Shown here: in pieces, positions 31,301-40,594 of the stretch
Layout: each line of letters opens with the position of its first letter
How positions within the stretch are numbered: the stretch's first letter is position 1
Virus record (IMG/VR): IMGVR_UViG_3300044634_004833
Span: 90,942 to 154,941 of that record
Reading direction: 5' to 3' (one strand)
Length of the DNA: 64,000 nucleotides
From: a virus
Program-made: the position numbers and the translations under genes
Notes under the pieces: model-generated
What the model was told of the DNA's origin: nothing
The model's database searches: none
Seen by the model: only the letters and a program-made list of their open reading frames with translations

Positions 31301-32621
31301 GACATTAAAAGCAGATACCTTATGGATTTCAATAGGCAGCAGCTTAAGAAACTTCTTCTGCATTAGAGGTGTTACAACAACAACGACAACTACAACACCA
31401 GCACCTACAACTACAACACCAGCACCTACAACTACAACACCAGCACCTACAACGACAACGACAACACCAGCACCTACAACGACAACACCAGCACCTACAA
31501 CGACAACACCAGCACCTACAACTACAACACCAGCACCTACAACTACAACACCAGCACCTACAACCACTCCTGCTCCAGCAGGAGGAAGTGGATTGTGGGC
31601 ATGGGGATTCAACTCTTATGGAATGCTTGGAGATGGGACAGTTGAAAGCAGAAGTAGCCCAGTGCAAATGTTGACATCATCATTTAATGATATTGCAGAT
31701 GGCGGATACGCTCAACATGGTGCTGCTGTAAAAGCAGATGGAACTCTTTGGATATGGGGCAACAATAGCTACGGACAGCTAGGGGATGGAACAACTGTGG
31801 CTAAAAGTTCGCCTACTCAAGTTGGAACTGAAAATACTTGGGATGAAGTAGTCAAGGGACTCAACACCGCTGCTTCTAAAACAGATGGAAGTTTATGGGG
31901 CTGGGGAGGAAACGCATATGGACAACTTGGCATAGGAACAAAAATAAATGTTAGCTCTCCTGTTCAAATTATGGGCGCATCATCTGGATATTATGATATT
32001 ACAATATCTGCTGCAAATGCAGCCGTAATAAAGAAAGATGGGACTTTATGGGCATGGGGACCTAACAATGATGGAATTTTGGGCACTAATGATAAAATAC
32101 ACAGATCGTCTCCAGTACAAATAGGTTCTGATACAACATGGAGAAATGTTACTTTTACAGCCTACTCTATGTGTGCAATTAAGTCTGATGGCACTTTATG
32201 GAGCTGTGGAAACGGATACAGCGGAGTAACAGGTTTAAATAATACTTTAAACTATAGCTCCCCAACTCAAATAGGAACAGATAATACATGGAGCTATGTT
32301 TTTGCAACCTACTTATTAGTACACGCAATAAAGAACGATGGTTCTCTATGGGTTTGGGGACAAGGAGGAGCATCAGAATCTGGAATTACTCGTAGCAGTC
32401 CAACTCAGGTAATAACAGGAAAATCATTCAGCAAAGTTGTTTCTGGTATGGCTACCTCTGCTGGATTGACTACTGATGGAAAACTATGGGCATGGGGACA
32501 AAATGCATATGGCTCAATGGGAGAGGCCGCATCTAGTGCCAGTCCAGTAATGTTATTCTCCGATACCACATGGTCTGATATTTCAGCAATCGCTGCTGGA
32601 TTCCACGCCACAAAAGCATAG
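28365..32621 (+). CDS. putative virion fibre/adhesin: two RCC1 beta-propellers, two beta-rich repeats, mucin-like Thr/Pro linkers
   Basis: Repeated LW.WG.N..GQLG...SSP.QIG.D..W; duplicated LPL.G....NGVTLT.SG domain; poly-Thr tracts. Confidence 0.85.
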   Translation: MDYKFELPKQAPNVDLDPIKINGKSLQITGYIETVDPFGNVKISVPKDGQRFNDTPQNLADVMGAINPTPTHYILYNGTQGLTDYQLQLGTEQSYAYDPVITYTTDGDYKVKVITCADAEGINKIIYNSSLVPEKCLFDALSDVVDLGYKLRLMSPDYASAGATTELICEYFLFRGYSFSVKSTVDVWITTSQFASSWIYPGPNPNKPTRFLNKPSVLPQGATTTTTTTTTSTTTTTTSAPISTSTTTTAAPGAGGRLPLPGNSLSYNGVTLTGSGSGSNYAAPFTYCSVSMPANSMILGNAGSGTYTLTFSLPVNNIQILGSGQNFGETFTFSVNNGTLTTSLMPGIGCNATLTGNTVGNSSVGSFGATLASTSDYTSLSITFPGGGGGTLFSVIESSVVSGATTTTPVPTTTTTTTPAPTTTTPVPTTTTTPAPAVSTGLPLIGTSSVINGVTLTASGVGTSYSSPWSSCSPPISITAPCLFLGRAIGTYTVSFDSLQNDIVIFANASDTGESFDFGVDSGTLSISVVQSCGVTVSGTTVSSVGANVGWVIRLTSTTPYSQITIYSGAVTSGSLFGIYASSIVPGAVVTTTTPIPTTTTTTTTTTTPEPTTTTTTTTPAPTTTTTTTTTTTTTTTTTTTTTTTTPAPDQAYSLFGWGEGNLGNNRSAGAQSPTQTVSGGTNWGTPPKCSYAQHYAILKKDATLWAWGTNSAGELGNNTTTNRSSPIQIAAPAGVTWNAVNMGYQTTFVIDTTGALWGWGKNNFGQLGISTTINVSSPVQISADTTWSSIVAGNFATYAIKKNGTLWAFGYNVQGQIGDGTIVNKSSPVQIGSDTTWSQITAGQGHALSIKSDGTLWAWGAGSNGSLGNGTITHRSSPIQIGTDNTWSLIQSTGFGGAALKTDGSLWCWGGNTNGALGDGTTVHRSSPIQIGSDTNWTDIAGGQYSVVALKSDKSLWHWGYGGAMGIGVNSARSSPVQTLKADTLWISIGSSLRNFFCIRGVTTTTTTTTPAPTTTTPAPTTTTPAPTTTTTTPAPTTTTPAPTTTTPAPTTTTPAPTTTTPAPTTTPAPAGGSGLWAWGFNSYGMLGDGTVESRSSPVQMLTSSFNDIADGGYAQHGAAVKADGTLWIWGNNSYGQLGDGTTVAKSSPTQVGTENTWDEVVKGLNTAASKTDGSLWGWGGNAYGQLGIGTKINVSSPVQIMGASSGYYDITISAANAAVIKKDGTLWAWGPNNDGILGTNDKIHRSSPVQIGSDTTWRNVTFTAYSMCAIKSDGTLWSCGNGYSGVTGLNNTLNYSSPTQIGTDNTWSYVFATYLLVHAIKNDGSLWVWGQGGASESGITRSSPTQVITGKSFSKVVSGMATSAGLTTDGKLWAWGQNAYGSMGEAASSASPVMLFSDTTWSDISAIAAGFHATKA
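31372..31578 (+). repeat. 21 bp tandem repeat encoding PAPTTTT
   Basis: CCAGCACCTACAAC(T/G)ACAACA, about 8-9 copies. Confidence 0.92.
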
Positions 32622-32628
32622 CCTTTAG

Positions 32629-32657
32629 CTCCCGCATGAAATTCATGCGGGAGTTTT
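32629..32657 (+). terminator. rho-independent terminator
   Basis: CTCCCGCATGAA-a-TTCATGCGGGAG-TTTT. Confidence 0.8.
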
Positions 32658-32678
32658 AGTTACAATTTTTTTGATTTG

Positions 32679-32688
32679 CCCCTATCAT
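32679..32688 (+). promoter_or_regulatory. class B promoter variant CCCCTATCAT
   Basis: Before SD AGGAG and ATG 32708. Confidence 0.55.
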
Positions 32689-32707
32689 TTGGGCAGGAGA
32701 TCAAAAC

Positions 32708-33304
32708 ATGCTTAGAACTACGATTCTTTCTTTTTTAGTGTTTTTAATTATGGTTAGCGATCCAACCATTGCGAAAGCTGGTTGAGGCGCACCAAGCTTG
32801 CCCCGGTCGGGGTATATGCCAATTCAAATCACACAAACTCAATTAGAAATACTTGAAATAGATAGAAAAGCAAGAGCTATTGCTCATACTATGTACGCTG
32901 AAAACAATGAAGAACAAATAGAACTATCTGTCAAAAGCTCCGATAAAATACATCGTATTGCTGCCGTTTTTTATTATCAACAAAAAATGGACCCTAATCC
33001 ATGTTTGCTTAATCTTCTTGCAGATCAAGATCCATTAGTTGTTGAAGCAGCACATATCGCATGTATTATTATTGCAAACAATAAAAAACACAAAGATTTT
33101 AACAAGTATCCCAAAGGACATTTAATCGACTTTGGACCTTGGTTAAATAGACTCAACAACCAAAGCGAAGGCACAGGAGCCAGACAAGAAGCTATTGATA
33201 TGTGGCAATCCCACTTTGATAAAATACTTAAAAACAAAAAAGAAATTGAAGATAAGCCAAAAGAAGAAAAGAAAAGTGTAGAAGAAATTCTTAGAATTAA
33301 ATGA
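32708..33304 (+). CDS. candidate selenoprotein: signal peptide, in-frame TGA at codon 26, HEAT-like domain
   Basis: ATG 32708 is in frame with ORF 32798..33304; TGA at 32783-85; LLADQDPLVVEAA..DFGP..RQEAIDMW. Confidence 0.65.
32786..32820 (+). promoter_or_regulatory. putative bacterial SECIS element
   Basis: TGCCCC-GGTC-GGGGTA hairpin, apical loop 20 nt after TGA; lower stem GGCG/TGCC. Confidence 0.6.
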
Positions 33305-33307
33305 AGA

Positions 33308-33345
33308 CAAAAAAGTACCCCGGTGTTAACCGGGGTACTTTTTTG
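33308..33345. terminator. bidirectional terminator between convergent genes
   Basis: CAAAAAAGTACCCCGGT-gtta-ACCGGGGTACTTTTTTG. Confidence 0.9.
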
Positions 33346-33351
33346 TTGCGA

Positions 33352-34071
33352 TCAAGGACCTGTTTTAATTACTCCCTTTGTTGATTCTAAGCCATCTATG
33401 TTTAAATCCATAAATAAATTATCTTTAGAAAATTTAGCAACTTTAATTTGCTTTTGGCCATTTACATATGAAACATAACTTGTAAGTTGTATGGAATTTC
33501 CATTTTGATCCAAACTTGTATCTAATCCCATAGGCATTCCCTCATAGCCTCTTCCATTAGCTATTTGGCTTGAACTAAGACCAGCTTGTGTTTTTAAACC
33601 ACCAGCCTTGGGAACACACATTCCTGGCATTTTCTGACCTACAAATGTGCCAACAAATGGTTCTATTGAAGTCCCGCCAGGAATCTGATCGTTAGCACCA
33701 GCATCTTGTGTAACATCAACTGTGGTAGGAGGAAGACATAAACAATCACCACAATTTGCATCACAATTCCAATCAGATCCACTCCATGTGCATGTGCATG
33801 TGCCTTTGCAAGGAGGAGAATTAGTTAAATAAGGATAAGGAGGAGGTGGTGTAGTAATAACTCCCGGTGTTGTAGGTGGCGTAGTTGTTACCATAGGTGG
33901 CGTAGTTGTCACCATAGGAGGTGTTGTTGTCACCATAGGTGTTGTTGTTGGAGCCATAGGTGTTGTTGTTGGAGCCGCCGTTGTTCCAAGAGGAGGCGAA
34001 GTTGTTGGAGCATCTGTTGTGCCTCCACCTGGACCTACTGTTGTTACTGCTTGCCCGTGAACATAACTCAT
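33352..34071 (-). CDS. Thr/Pro-rich protein with Cys-rich module, likely virion-associated
   Basis: TTTP(P)MV repeats; CKGTCTCTW..CDANCGDCLC; CATATATA upstream. Confidence 0.75.
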   Translation of the reverse strand: MSYVHGQAVTTVGPGGGTTDAPTTSPPLGTTAAPTTTPMAPTTTPMVTTTPPMVTTTPPMVTTTPPTTPGVITTPPPPYPYLTNSPPCKGTCTCTWSGSDWNCDANCGDCLCLPPTTVDVTQDAGANDQIPGGTSIEPFVGTFVGQKMPGMCVPKAGGLKTQAGLSSSQIANGRGYEGMPMGLDTSLDQNGNSIQLTSYVSYVNGQKQIKVAKFSKDNLFMDLNIDGLESTKGVIKTGP

Positions 34072-34147
34072 ATTTTCCCCTTTATATTTTTAAAAACTAT
34101 AAAATATATATGCATTATTTTTTTAATTGACAAACTCTAATAATCCT

Positions 34148-34774
34148 ATGGTTAACCATGAATATAAATTTGTGTATATTCACCCGCCCAAAAATGCGGG
34201 AACAAGCATAGAACAGCTTTTCAATTTCCCTAGACCTATGCAACCTCATGATCTAGCAGACACATATAAAAAGAAATATCCAGATTATTATTATTGGATT
34301 ACTATAAGAAATAGTTGGGATAGACTTGTATCAATGTATTATTATAATGAAGGAATATCTAACAGACTTACATTTAAAGAATTTTGTATGGAAATTGTAC
34401 ATCCTGATGGTAAAAGCGGCATTCCAAACTCTCCCGGCTGGTCACACTACCTTGGCGCTCATGGACAAATGTACTATTGCTATTATCAAGATACAGGTAT
34501 TTATTGTATAGATTTTTATGTTAATACATGGTGCATGAAAGAACAATTACCAATTCTATTTGATAGATTAAATATAAACAAAAACATTCTTAATAACGTT
34601 CCCTATATTAATACAACAAAGCACAAAGACTACAGAGAAGAATACGATGAAGAATCTAAAGAAGCTTGTTATTTAAGATACCAAAGAGAAATAGATCATT
34701 TCGGTTTTGATTTTGACGATCCTAAAAAAACCAAACCATTCGTTGGAATAGACTTGTCTGGCATGAAAGTTTAG
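34148..34774 (+). CDS. sulfotransferase family 2 protein
   Basis: 5'-PSB motif IHPPKNAGTS; 3'-PB motif RNSWDRLVSMY. Confidence 0.85.
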   Translation: MVNHEYKFVYIHPPKNAGTSIEQLFNFPRPMQPHDLADTYKKKYPDYYYWITIRNSWDRLVSMYYYNEGISNRLTFKEFCMEIVHPDGKSGIPNSPGWSHYLGAHGQMYYCYYQDTGIYCIDFYVNTWCMKEQLPILFDRLNINKNILNNVPYINTTKHKDYREEYDEESKEACYLRYQREIDHFGFDFDDPKKTKPFVGIDLSGMKV

Positions 34775-34803
34775 TTATACTGAGCTCAATTAGGAGACCA
34801 GCC

Positions 34804-35142
34804 ATGAACAAAGCTATATTTAATTTACAAGAATGCACGATACGAATTGAAAAAGGATTAATTATTATACAATCAACAAAGCCTCTCTCACACGTCCCAG
34901 AAGAATTTTATCCCTTTGATATTATTGAAGATAAAAACATTGATGATTTAATCAGACAAATTGTCGGAAAAGAACCACAAGGCACTCTTAAAGATCTACC
35001 TAAGTTAACAACCGATGATAAATTTTGGTTTATGTCAGATGAAGAACTATTAAAAGTGTTTGAAGAAGATATTCAATATAAAAAATATTATAAACAACCT
35101 ACAAAATTTCCAAACTTTAGTGTTATTGCGCCAAAAGACTAA
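34804..35142 (+). CDS. hypothetical protein
   Basis: SD AGGAG. Confidence 0.65.
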   Translation: MNKAIFNLQECTIRIEKGLIIIQSTKPLSHVPEEFYPFDIIEDKNIDDLIRQIVGKEPQGTLKDLPKLTTDDKFWFMSDEELLKVFEEDIQYKKYYKQPTKFPNFSVIAPKD

Positions 35143-37202
35143 AAGCCACGCAAAGCTTTTTGCTTGAGTTTGTTGAATTCATTCGGCAAATCTTTTCTCA
35201 AAATTTGCACGAATTTTTCCAACGATTTAAATGCTGCCATAGAATCAAAACCTTCTCGATCAGTCTGAGGATGCAAATCAAACTGTAATTCTAATTCAAT
35301 TTTTATTTCAGGTAACCTAGCTTTTGGATTTTTACTATAATCCTCATAATATTTTTTAATTAGAGGGCTATTAGTTTTTAGTTCAGCTATGTCAAGGTTT
35401 ACATCAAACTTCATGTTTGGAAATTGTGTTGCATCATTCCTTGCTAATTCAAGTTTTTCTTCAACTAAGATAGTCATTTCGCTTTTAAGTGTCTCTCCAG
35501 AATTATCAAACTTTATATTTCTGTAAAATAAGTCTTCTTGAGTACCAAAAATATTAGATGGAACAGAAAATCCGCCTTGTTTATTTACTAAACCATATAA
35601 ATCACCAACTAAAATTGGTGGAACTTCTACTTTGAAAGCATCATTATAAGCAGAACCATAGCCAGAACGCCCTGCATTTCTAGTAGAACGACTATGTCTT
35701 ACTTTAATGTCCGCAGATTTCTGAATAATACTTTTTGATTCTATTATATCAGCACTTTCCAAAGCTTTTAATAAGATGTCTGGAACCTTTTCAATATCTC
35801 TGTCAAAAATATCCATTGCATCAAAAAATCGTTCAGCTTCCTGCAAGTCAGCAGTTTGATCATCTGGCCTACCTTTTCTAAAAGATAATTTGAAACAAAG
35901 AGATTCATGCTCAATTGTTAATGCAAATCTCTCTCTCATAGGAGACAAATTATTCATGCTTCTATAATCTAAAAGATTATTTAATATTTGATCTAATTCA
36001 TCCATTTTATCAACCAAATAATTATTAGGCACATTCTCAGACAAAATGGGGAAATCACTTGCTGGTATTAGTAATTTAATTGAATTTAGTGGAAAACAAT
36101 GCTGATAATTAACAGTAAGTTTTTCCACAAATTCATTTGGCAATTCAGTAGAAGGCACTATTATGAGTTGTAATTTGTAGCTAAGATTATGATCTTCCCA
36201 GTTTCCCCTTATTCTGTTTGCTAATTCTTGTTGCGACATAGTACTGATAGCAACATCTGACTGATCATTTGTTTCATCTGTATCCTCACCCCTAACTTTA
36301 CCTACAAGGTCAAAAGAAGGAATATTAAAATATTTGGAAAGTATGTTTTCACTACTAGAGTCTGAAACTCCTCCATGTAATGTAACTTTACTCAAATTTT
36401 TATCAAAATCACCAACATCATGATTATTTTCTGTAGCCCAAGACCTCATAACATTATAATACTTGTCATTCACATGAGAACCACTCTTCTCTCTTAAATA
36501 TACTTTTGTTTCTGGAACTAATATCTTTTTGTCATTTACAGTAAAACTACGCAGACGAATTCTTTCTATTGGCTTAATTCCTCTTACTCCACGACATTTG
36601 TCCTCAAAAATTTCATCTGCATCTAAATCCACTCCTTCTAAATCGTCTGTATTAACCAAATATGAAACAATTCCACCAGTCCTAGCTTCAGATTGTGCAG
36701 ATTTCCAATAACCTCTATTGGGGGAATGACAACTTGATGAATCTTCAAAATCAGACATCCTTACAATGTCTATTGGCTTTCTACTTATTACGACACTCTC
36801 TGGCAATTTATCAGGCTTTGGAACCTCTTGCCCTGTTTCAAATATTCTCAGTAATTGTTTGTAGTCTTGGTTATTAGGGCTTTTGTTTATCAAATTCTGC
36901 AAAAATCTACCTAGTTTAATAACTTGGTCTTTTTCACCTTGTTGTGTTACTGTTTTTTGAGTGACTTTCTTGTTGGCCCAATCAATCTTAACATTATCCT
37001 GATTTTCAATTTGCTTCAGTATGTCCTTGTCTTTACCATATGGTATGACAATTCTATCTTTATTGCCAAATATATGATTGAAACGCAGGTTTTCTGGGTA
37101 TTCTTTTAAACCTTTTTCAAAGTTTTTCCAATTGTCAGCTTCTCTCGCATCAATTTCACTCAATAAAAACCATTCTCTGAATGTTAAATTATCTTTTTGC
37201 AT
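35139..37202 (-). CDS. large protein with capsid-targeting-like N-terminus
   Basis: LTFREWFLLSE; ISRKPIDIVRMSD..SC block. Confidence 0.8.
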   Translation of the reverse strand: MQKDNLTFREWFLLSEIDAREADNWKNFEKGLKEYPENLRFNHIFGNKDRIVIPYGKDKDILKQIENQDNVKIDWANKKVTQKTVTQQGEKDQVIKLGRFLQNLINKSPNNQDYKQLLRIFETGQEVPKPDKLPESVVISRKPIDIVRMSDFEDSSSCHSPNRGYWKSAQSEARTGGIVSYLVNTDDLEGVDLDADEIFEDKCRGVRGIKPIERIRLRSFTVNDKKILVPETKVYLREKSGSHVNDKYYNVMRSWATENNHDVGDFDKNLSKVTLHGGVSDSSSENILSKYFNIPSFDLVGKVRGEDTDETNDQSDVAISTMSQQELANRIRGNWEDHNLSYKLQLIIVPSTELPNEFVEKLTVNYQHCFPLNSIKLLIPASDFPILSENVPNNYLVDKMDELDQILNNLLDYRSMNNLSPMRERFALTIEHESLCFKLSFRKGRPDDQTADLQEAERFFDAMDIFDRDIEKVPDILLKALESADIIESKSIIQKSADIKVRHSRSTRNAGRSGYGSAYNDAFKVEVPPILVGDLYGLVNKQGGFSVPSNIFGTQEDLFYRNIKFDNSGETLKSEMTILVEEKLELARNDATQFPNMKFDVNLDIAELKTNSPLIKKYYEDYSKNPKARLPEIKIELELQFDLHPQTDREGFDSMAAFKSLEKFVQILRKDLPNEFNKLKQKALRGF

Positions 37203-37222
37203 ATAAATTATATACTAATTTA

Positions 37223-37230
37223 CATAAATA
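37223..37230 (+). promoter_or_regulatory. T4-late-like promoter CATAAATA
   Basis: 4 nt before ATG 37235. Confidence 0.6.
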
Positions 37231-37234
37231 ATAC

Positions 37235-37573
37235 ATGCAAACTTTTAACGAATGGGTTAAGACTAAAAAAGAATCTTTCGAACCCGAACATTGGTTGGCC
37301 GACACAGGAGCAGAAGCTAAGCCAAGAGGAGATTCCCACCCAGCTAAAGGTGGTTGGCTAAAACCTAAAATACAAGTATTAGACGATACACTCATTATTA
37401 AAAAACCAAAGTTTGCTAAAGCAGATATTGCTAAAATGGCAGAAGAATGGACTAAGAAGTTAAAAGATATAGGACATATAGTAGAATTAGAAAATAAACC
37501 AGACGAATCAATACTAAAATTCTATAACAATGAAAAAGCCCAAAGAGCTTTCCATTTTATTAATAAACTTTAA
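37235..37573 (+). CDS. small protein with capsid-targeting-like N-terminus
   Basis: MQTFNEWVKTKKES. Confidence 0.75.
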   Translation: MQTFNEWVKTKKESFEPEHWLADTGAEAKPRGDSHPAKGGWLKPKIQVLDDTLIIKKPKFAKADIAKMAEEWTKKLKDIGHIVELENKPDESILKFYNNEKAQRAFHFINKL

Positions 37574-37574
37574 T

Positions 37575-38780
37575 CTATTTAACTGATCCCATATATCTAT
37601 TTGCTGTCTCTTTGCCAATTTTATTTATGAAATCTATTGTTTGGTTTAAAAACTCTTTTGATACTTGTTTTTTTACGTCTGAGTCACTTATCATTTTCCT
37701 CACATTAGCCTTATCAATAGCCTTCTTTTTTGCATTGAACTTACTTTGGTTTATATCAAGCCCCGCAGTGCCTGCTGCAAATACAATTCCACTTGCTACA
37801 GAAGTACCAACTGCAACAAATGATCCGGTTAAAAGTAAAATTCCGAATCCGGAAACCATTGACACGCCTCCTCCTATTACTGCTGCAAGCATCCATCTAT
37901 CAAAATTTGCCTTATTTTTTATTAGTTCCGGCATTTTGCCACTTGTTTTCAACTTGTTTGCTTGAGCTTTCACAGCCTGCTCTATAGCTTCTTTAGTCCC
38001 TCTGCTTTTAAATTTTTCTGCTGCTTTGTTCAACAAATCCTTATATTCATTAGGAGGAAGATCACTTATTCTCTCCACCTCTGCTTGCAATTTAGCACTA
38101 TTTTTATATGCTTCTCCAAGCTTTGAATTTTGAATTATTTTTATAAACTGACTTAAATCTAAACTACCATCTGCACTACCATCTGCTAATCTTTCCACTT
38201 TTTTGTACTGAGGAACTTTCATTACAATATCTTTGTATCCAGAATTTATAGCAAACCACGTCTTTGCACTTTTTAAAGCAGGGTCTTTTTCAATTAAAAA
38301 TGTATGAATCCAATCTTCCCAAATCTTTTTAGCAACCATATACATTTGTTGAGCATATGCTCCTAAAGAATATCTTTGATCAGCTTCATTAAAATTCATA
38401 GGAGGAGGAGATGGAGCTTTATTAGCTTTAGAAATAAGTTTATTCATCCAATTATTATATCTATTTTTTAATTCTTCATGATATTTTTCTAAAGTAATTG
38501 CAGCTCTATTAAACGCATCGCTATCCTTATTTTTATATGCATTTAAAGTTTTGCCTATCATTCTTGTAATTTTTAGGTCTAATTCTTTTAAGAAATTATC
38601 GCCAGCCTTAGTTAATATTTCTTTATCTACTTCTGGAGTAGTTTCCAAATCAAAATCATCCAGATCAGAACTAGGACCGGGGGTTTTTGTAGGTTGAAAG
38701 GGACTACCAGGCTTTGGACCACCAGGCCTTGGACTACCTTTGCCAGTATTTTCATTTAACCATTTGCTAAATTCTAACAT
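37575..38780 (-). CDS. membrane protein with capsid-targeting-like N-terminus
   Basis: MLEFSKWLNE; Gly-rich hydrophobic hairpin near the C-terminus. Confidence 0.8.
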   Translation of the reverse strand: MLEFSKWLNENTGKGSPRPGGPKPGSPFQPTKTPGPSSDLDDFDLETTPEVDKEILTKAGDNFLKELDLKITRMIGKTLNAYKNKDSDAFNRAAITLEKYHEELKNRYNNWMNKLISKANKAPSPPPMNFNEADQRYSLGAYAQQMYMVAKKIWEDWIHTFLIEKDPALKSAKTWFAINSGYKDIVMKVPQYKKVERLADGSADGSLDLSQFIKIIQNSKLGEAYKNSAKLQAEVERISDLPPNEYKDLLNKAAEKFKSRGTKEAIEQAVKAQANKLKTSGKMPELIKNKANFDRWMLAAVIGGGVSMVSGFGILLLTGSFVAVGTSVASGIVFAAGTAGLDINQSKFNAKKKAIDKANVRKMISDSDVKKQVSKEFLNQTIDFINKIGKETANRYMGSVK

Positions 38781-38797
38781 ATGAAGTATTTAGGTCT

Positions 38798-38824
38798 CTG
38801 CGATGAAAAATTGAGTTTTCTTAG
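38798..38824 (+). promoter_or_regulatory. class A variant CTGCGATGA-N14-TTAG
   Basis: Exact spacing. Confidence 0.6.
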
Positions 38825-38866
38825 CCCCCACAAAGTTGTTTTTTGGCAAGCATATATAAATAAATT

Positions 38867-39670
38867 ATGCAAAAAATAATTTCTCTTTATCATGCAACAA
38901 CCAAACAATCTGCCGAATCTATATTAAAAACAAAGACTCTTAAGGCAGACAAAGAAAGACATGTATATGTTTCCAATTCTCCTACTATAACAAATGATTA
39001 TGGAGATGGCACACTACTCAAAGTATATGTTGATCCCAGAAAATTGGAGCTTGATGATGAGTTCCCCACGGGGAGAAGGGATTACAGACTTCCTTCCCCC
39101 TATAGACCAGAAAAAATAGAACTTGTTTTTTCATACAAAGAATGCTTTAATATTATTAGCCTAGGAGAAAAACCCATGAAAAGTTTCAACGAATATGTAA
39201 TTCTTAAAGAGAGTCGTGCGACTGTTGACATAAATGAGATTGCCAAAGATTTAAAATTTGTTCGTACTACGAAAAAGAAGCTAATGTACAAATATGTAGA
39301 TTCAGATCAGAATATGCCTCCTTTGTCTTATACTGTTGCTAAAAACCAGACTCTTCATACACCTCTAGATCAAAGCACTAGACAAGTAAAAGAAGGTGAT
39401 ATATTAATGAGTGGCCCCAAAGGAGAGGTATATAGTCCTTCTGCTAAAAAGTTCGCCACAGATTATGTCGGAGAGATCGGTAGTACAGTTCACCCAGAAC
39501 AATCAGAAAGGATAGTTGCCCAATATAATGGTGAGCCAATCACCTTTGTGCCAAGTTGGGGAGGAACTATGATTGCCGACCCAGGTGATTACATAGTAAA
39601 AGAAGGTGAAGGCAAATATTATAGAATCGAAAAAGAAGTTTTTGATATAACTTACAATCAAATTAATTAA
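38867..39670 (+). CDS. ADP-ribosyltransferase-like domain fused to a PGDYG-like domain (internal start 39176)
   Basis: LYHAT..A.SI, VYVS, YG; C-terminal GPKGEVY, DPGDYIV; internal AGGAG plus MKSFNEYV. Confidence 0.65.
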   Translation: MQKIISLYHATTKQSAESILKTKTLKADKERHVYVSNSPTITNDYGDGTLLKVYVDPRKLELDDEFPTGRRDYRLPSPYRPEKIELVFSYKECFNIISLGEKPMKSFNEYVILKESRATVDINEIAKDLKFVRTTKKKLMYKYVDSDQNMPPLSYTVAKNQTLHTPLDQSTRQVKEGDILMSGPKGEVYSPSAKKFATDYVGEIGSTVHPEQSERIVAQYNGEPITFVPSWGGTMIADPGDYIVKEGEGKYYRIEKEVFDITYNQIN

Positions 39671-40594
39671 ATGGTTTTTTATTACACATATTGGGAGTTT
39701 GAATATCTATATGGAAAAAATAGGTTTAGCCATCATGTGTTATTATTGTCGGCAACACTATTAATTCATGCTTATCCAAATTCAACTATTAATATTTTAG
39801 TATATGATTTTATTCCAAAATCTTTAGATATATTAAAATCTTTGCCACAAGTAAATATAATTTTATTAAAATGCTATGTTGATAAAAAACAAGAAGAAAA
39901 TCAATTATTAAATATAAATCTTACTAATGATAAAACTTTCACATTTCTATTGTCTAAGCCAATTGATGTTTTTAATTTGGCAAAAGAAAAAAATGAAATT
40001 TTTATATTACTTGATGTAGATTTTTTTGTTTTTAATAAATTTCAAAATTTAGATATTAACAAGATAGGATTTTTATTTTACAACAACAATTTAGATTCAA
40101 ATGTAAATACTGGTTTAATAGTTTCTGGAACACAATCTTTTGAATGTAAATACTTTTTCGATTTATATGAAAGTTTCCTAAAATTATTTGATAATCAAAA
40201 TCATTTAATTAAAGAAAAATTGGTATCTTTTGCTTATCCCCACCCATCAGCACAAGAAGAAATAATCATTTCAAGCATAGTTAAAAAATTTACAGAACTT
40301 AAAAACGTTGTTTTCTACGACATAACATCAAATAATCATCAATTGTATTGTTGTAACATTTATTTAAATTATCAAAATAATATTCATACAATGAATATGG
40401 ATAAAAAAAGAATATGTTCGGTTATGTGTCAATTAGAACATGTAAAGAAAGTTTTAAATAGAAAAGATTTTTATATAATAAAAAAAGAACTAATAGAATA
40501 CTCATACGAACAAGAGTTTAGTCAAGAAGAAAAAAGACTTATAAAAAACATAAATGATTCTATGCCTGTCAAAGATAAAAGAATCTTTCTATGA
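39671..40594 (+). CDS. GT-A glycosyltransferase-like protein
   Basis: LLDVD (DxD), VNTGLI, QEE; very AT-rich. Confidence 0.55.
   Translation: MVFYYTYWEFEYLYGKNRFSHHVLLLSATLLIHAYPNSTINILVYDFIPKSLDILKSLPQVNIILLKCYVDKKQEENQLLNINLTNDKTFTFLLSKPIDVFNLAKEKNEIFILLDVDFFVFNKFQNLDINKIGFLFYNNNLDSNVNTGLIVSGTQSFECKYFFDLYESFLKLFDNQNHLIKEKLVSFAYPHPSAQEEIIISSIVKKFTELKNVVFYDITSNNHQLYCCNIYLNYQNNIHTMNMDKKRICSVMCQLEHVKKVLNRKDFYIIKKELIEYSYEQEFSQEEKRLIKNINDSMPVKDKRIFL

Noticed and set aside
28961-31674. Poly-Val, Cys/Arg and Gln/His ORFs in other frames
   Set aside because: They are shadow translations of the ACN-repeat Thr linkers.
30320-32621. Diversity-generating retroelement target in the RCC1 repeats
   Set aside because: I saw no reverse transcriptase and no TR/VR pair differing only at adenines in this window.
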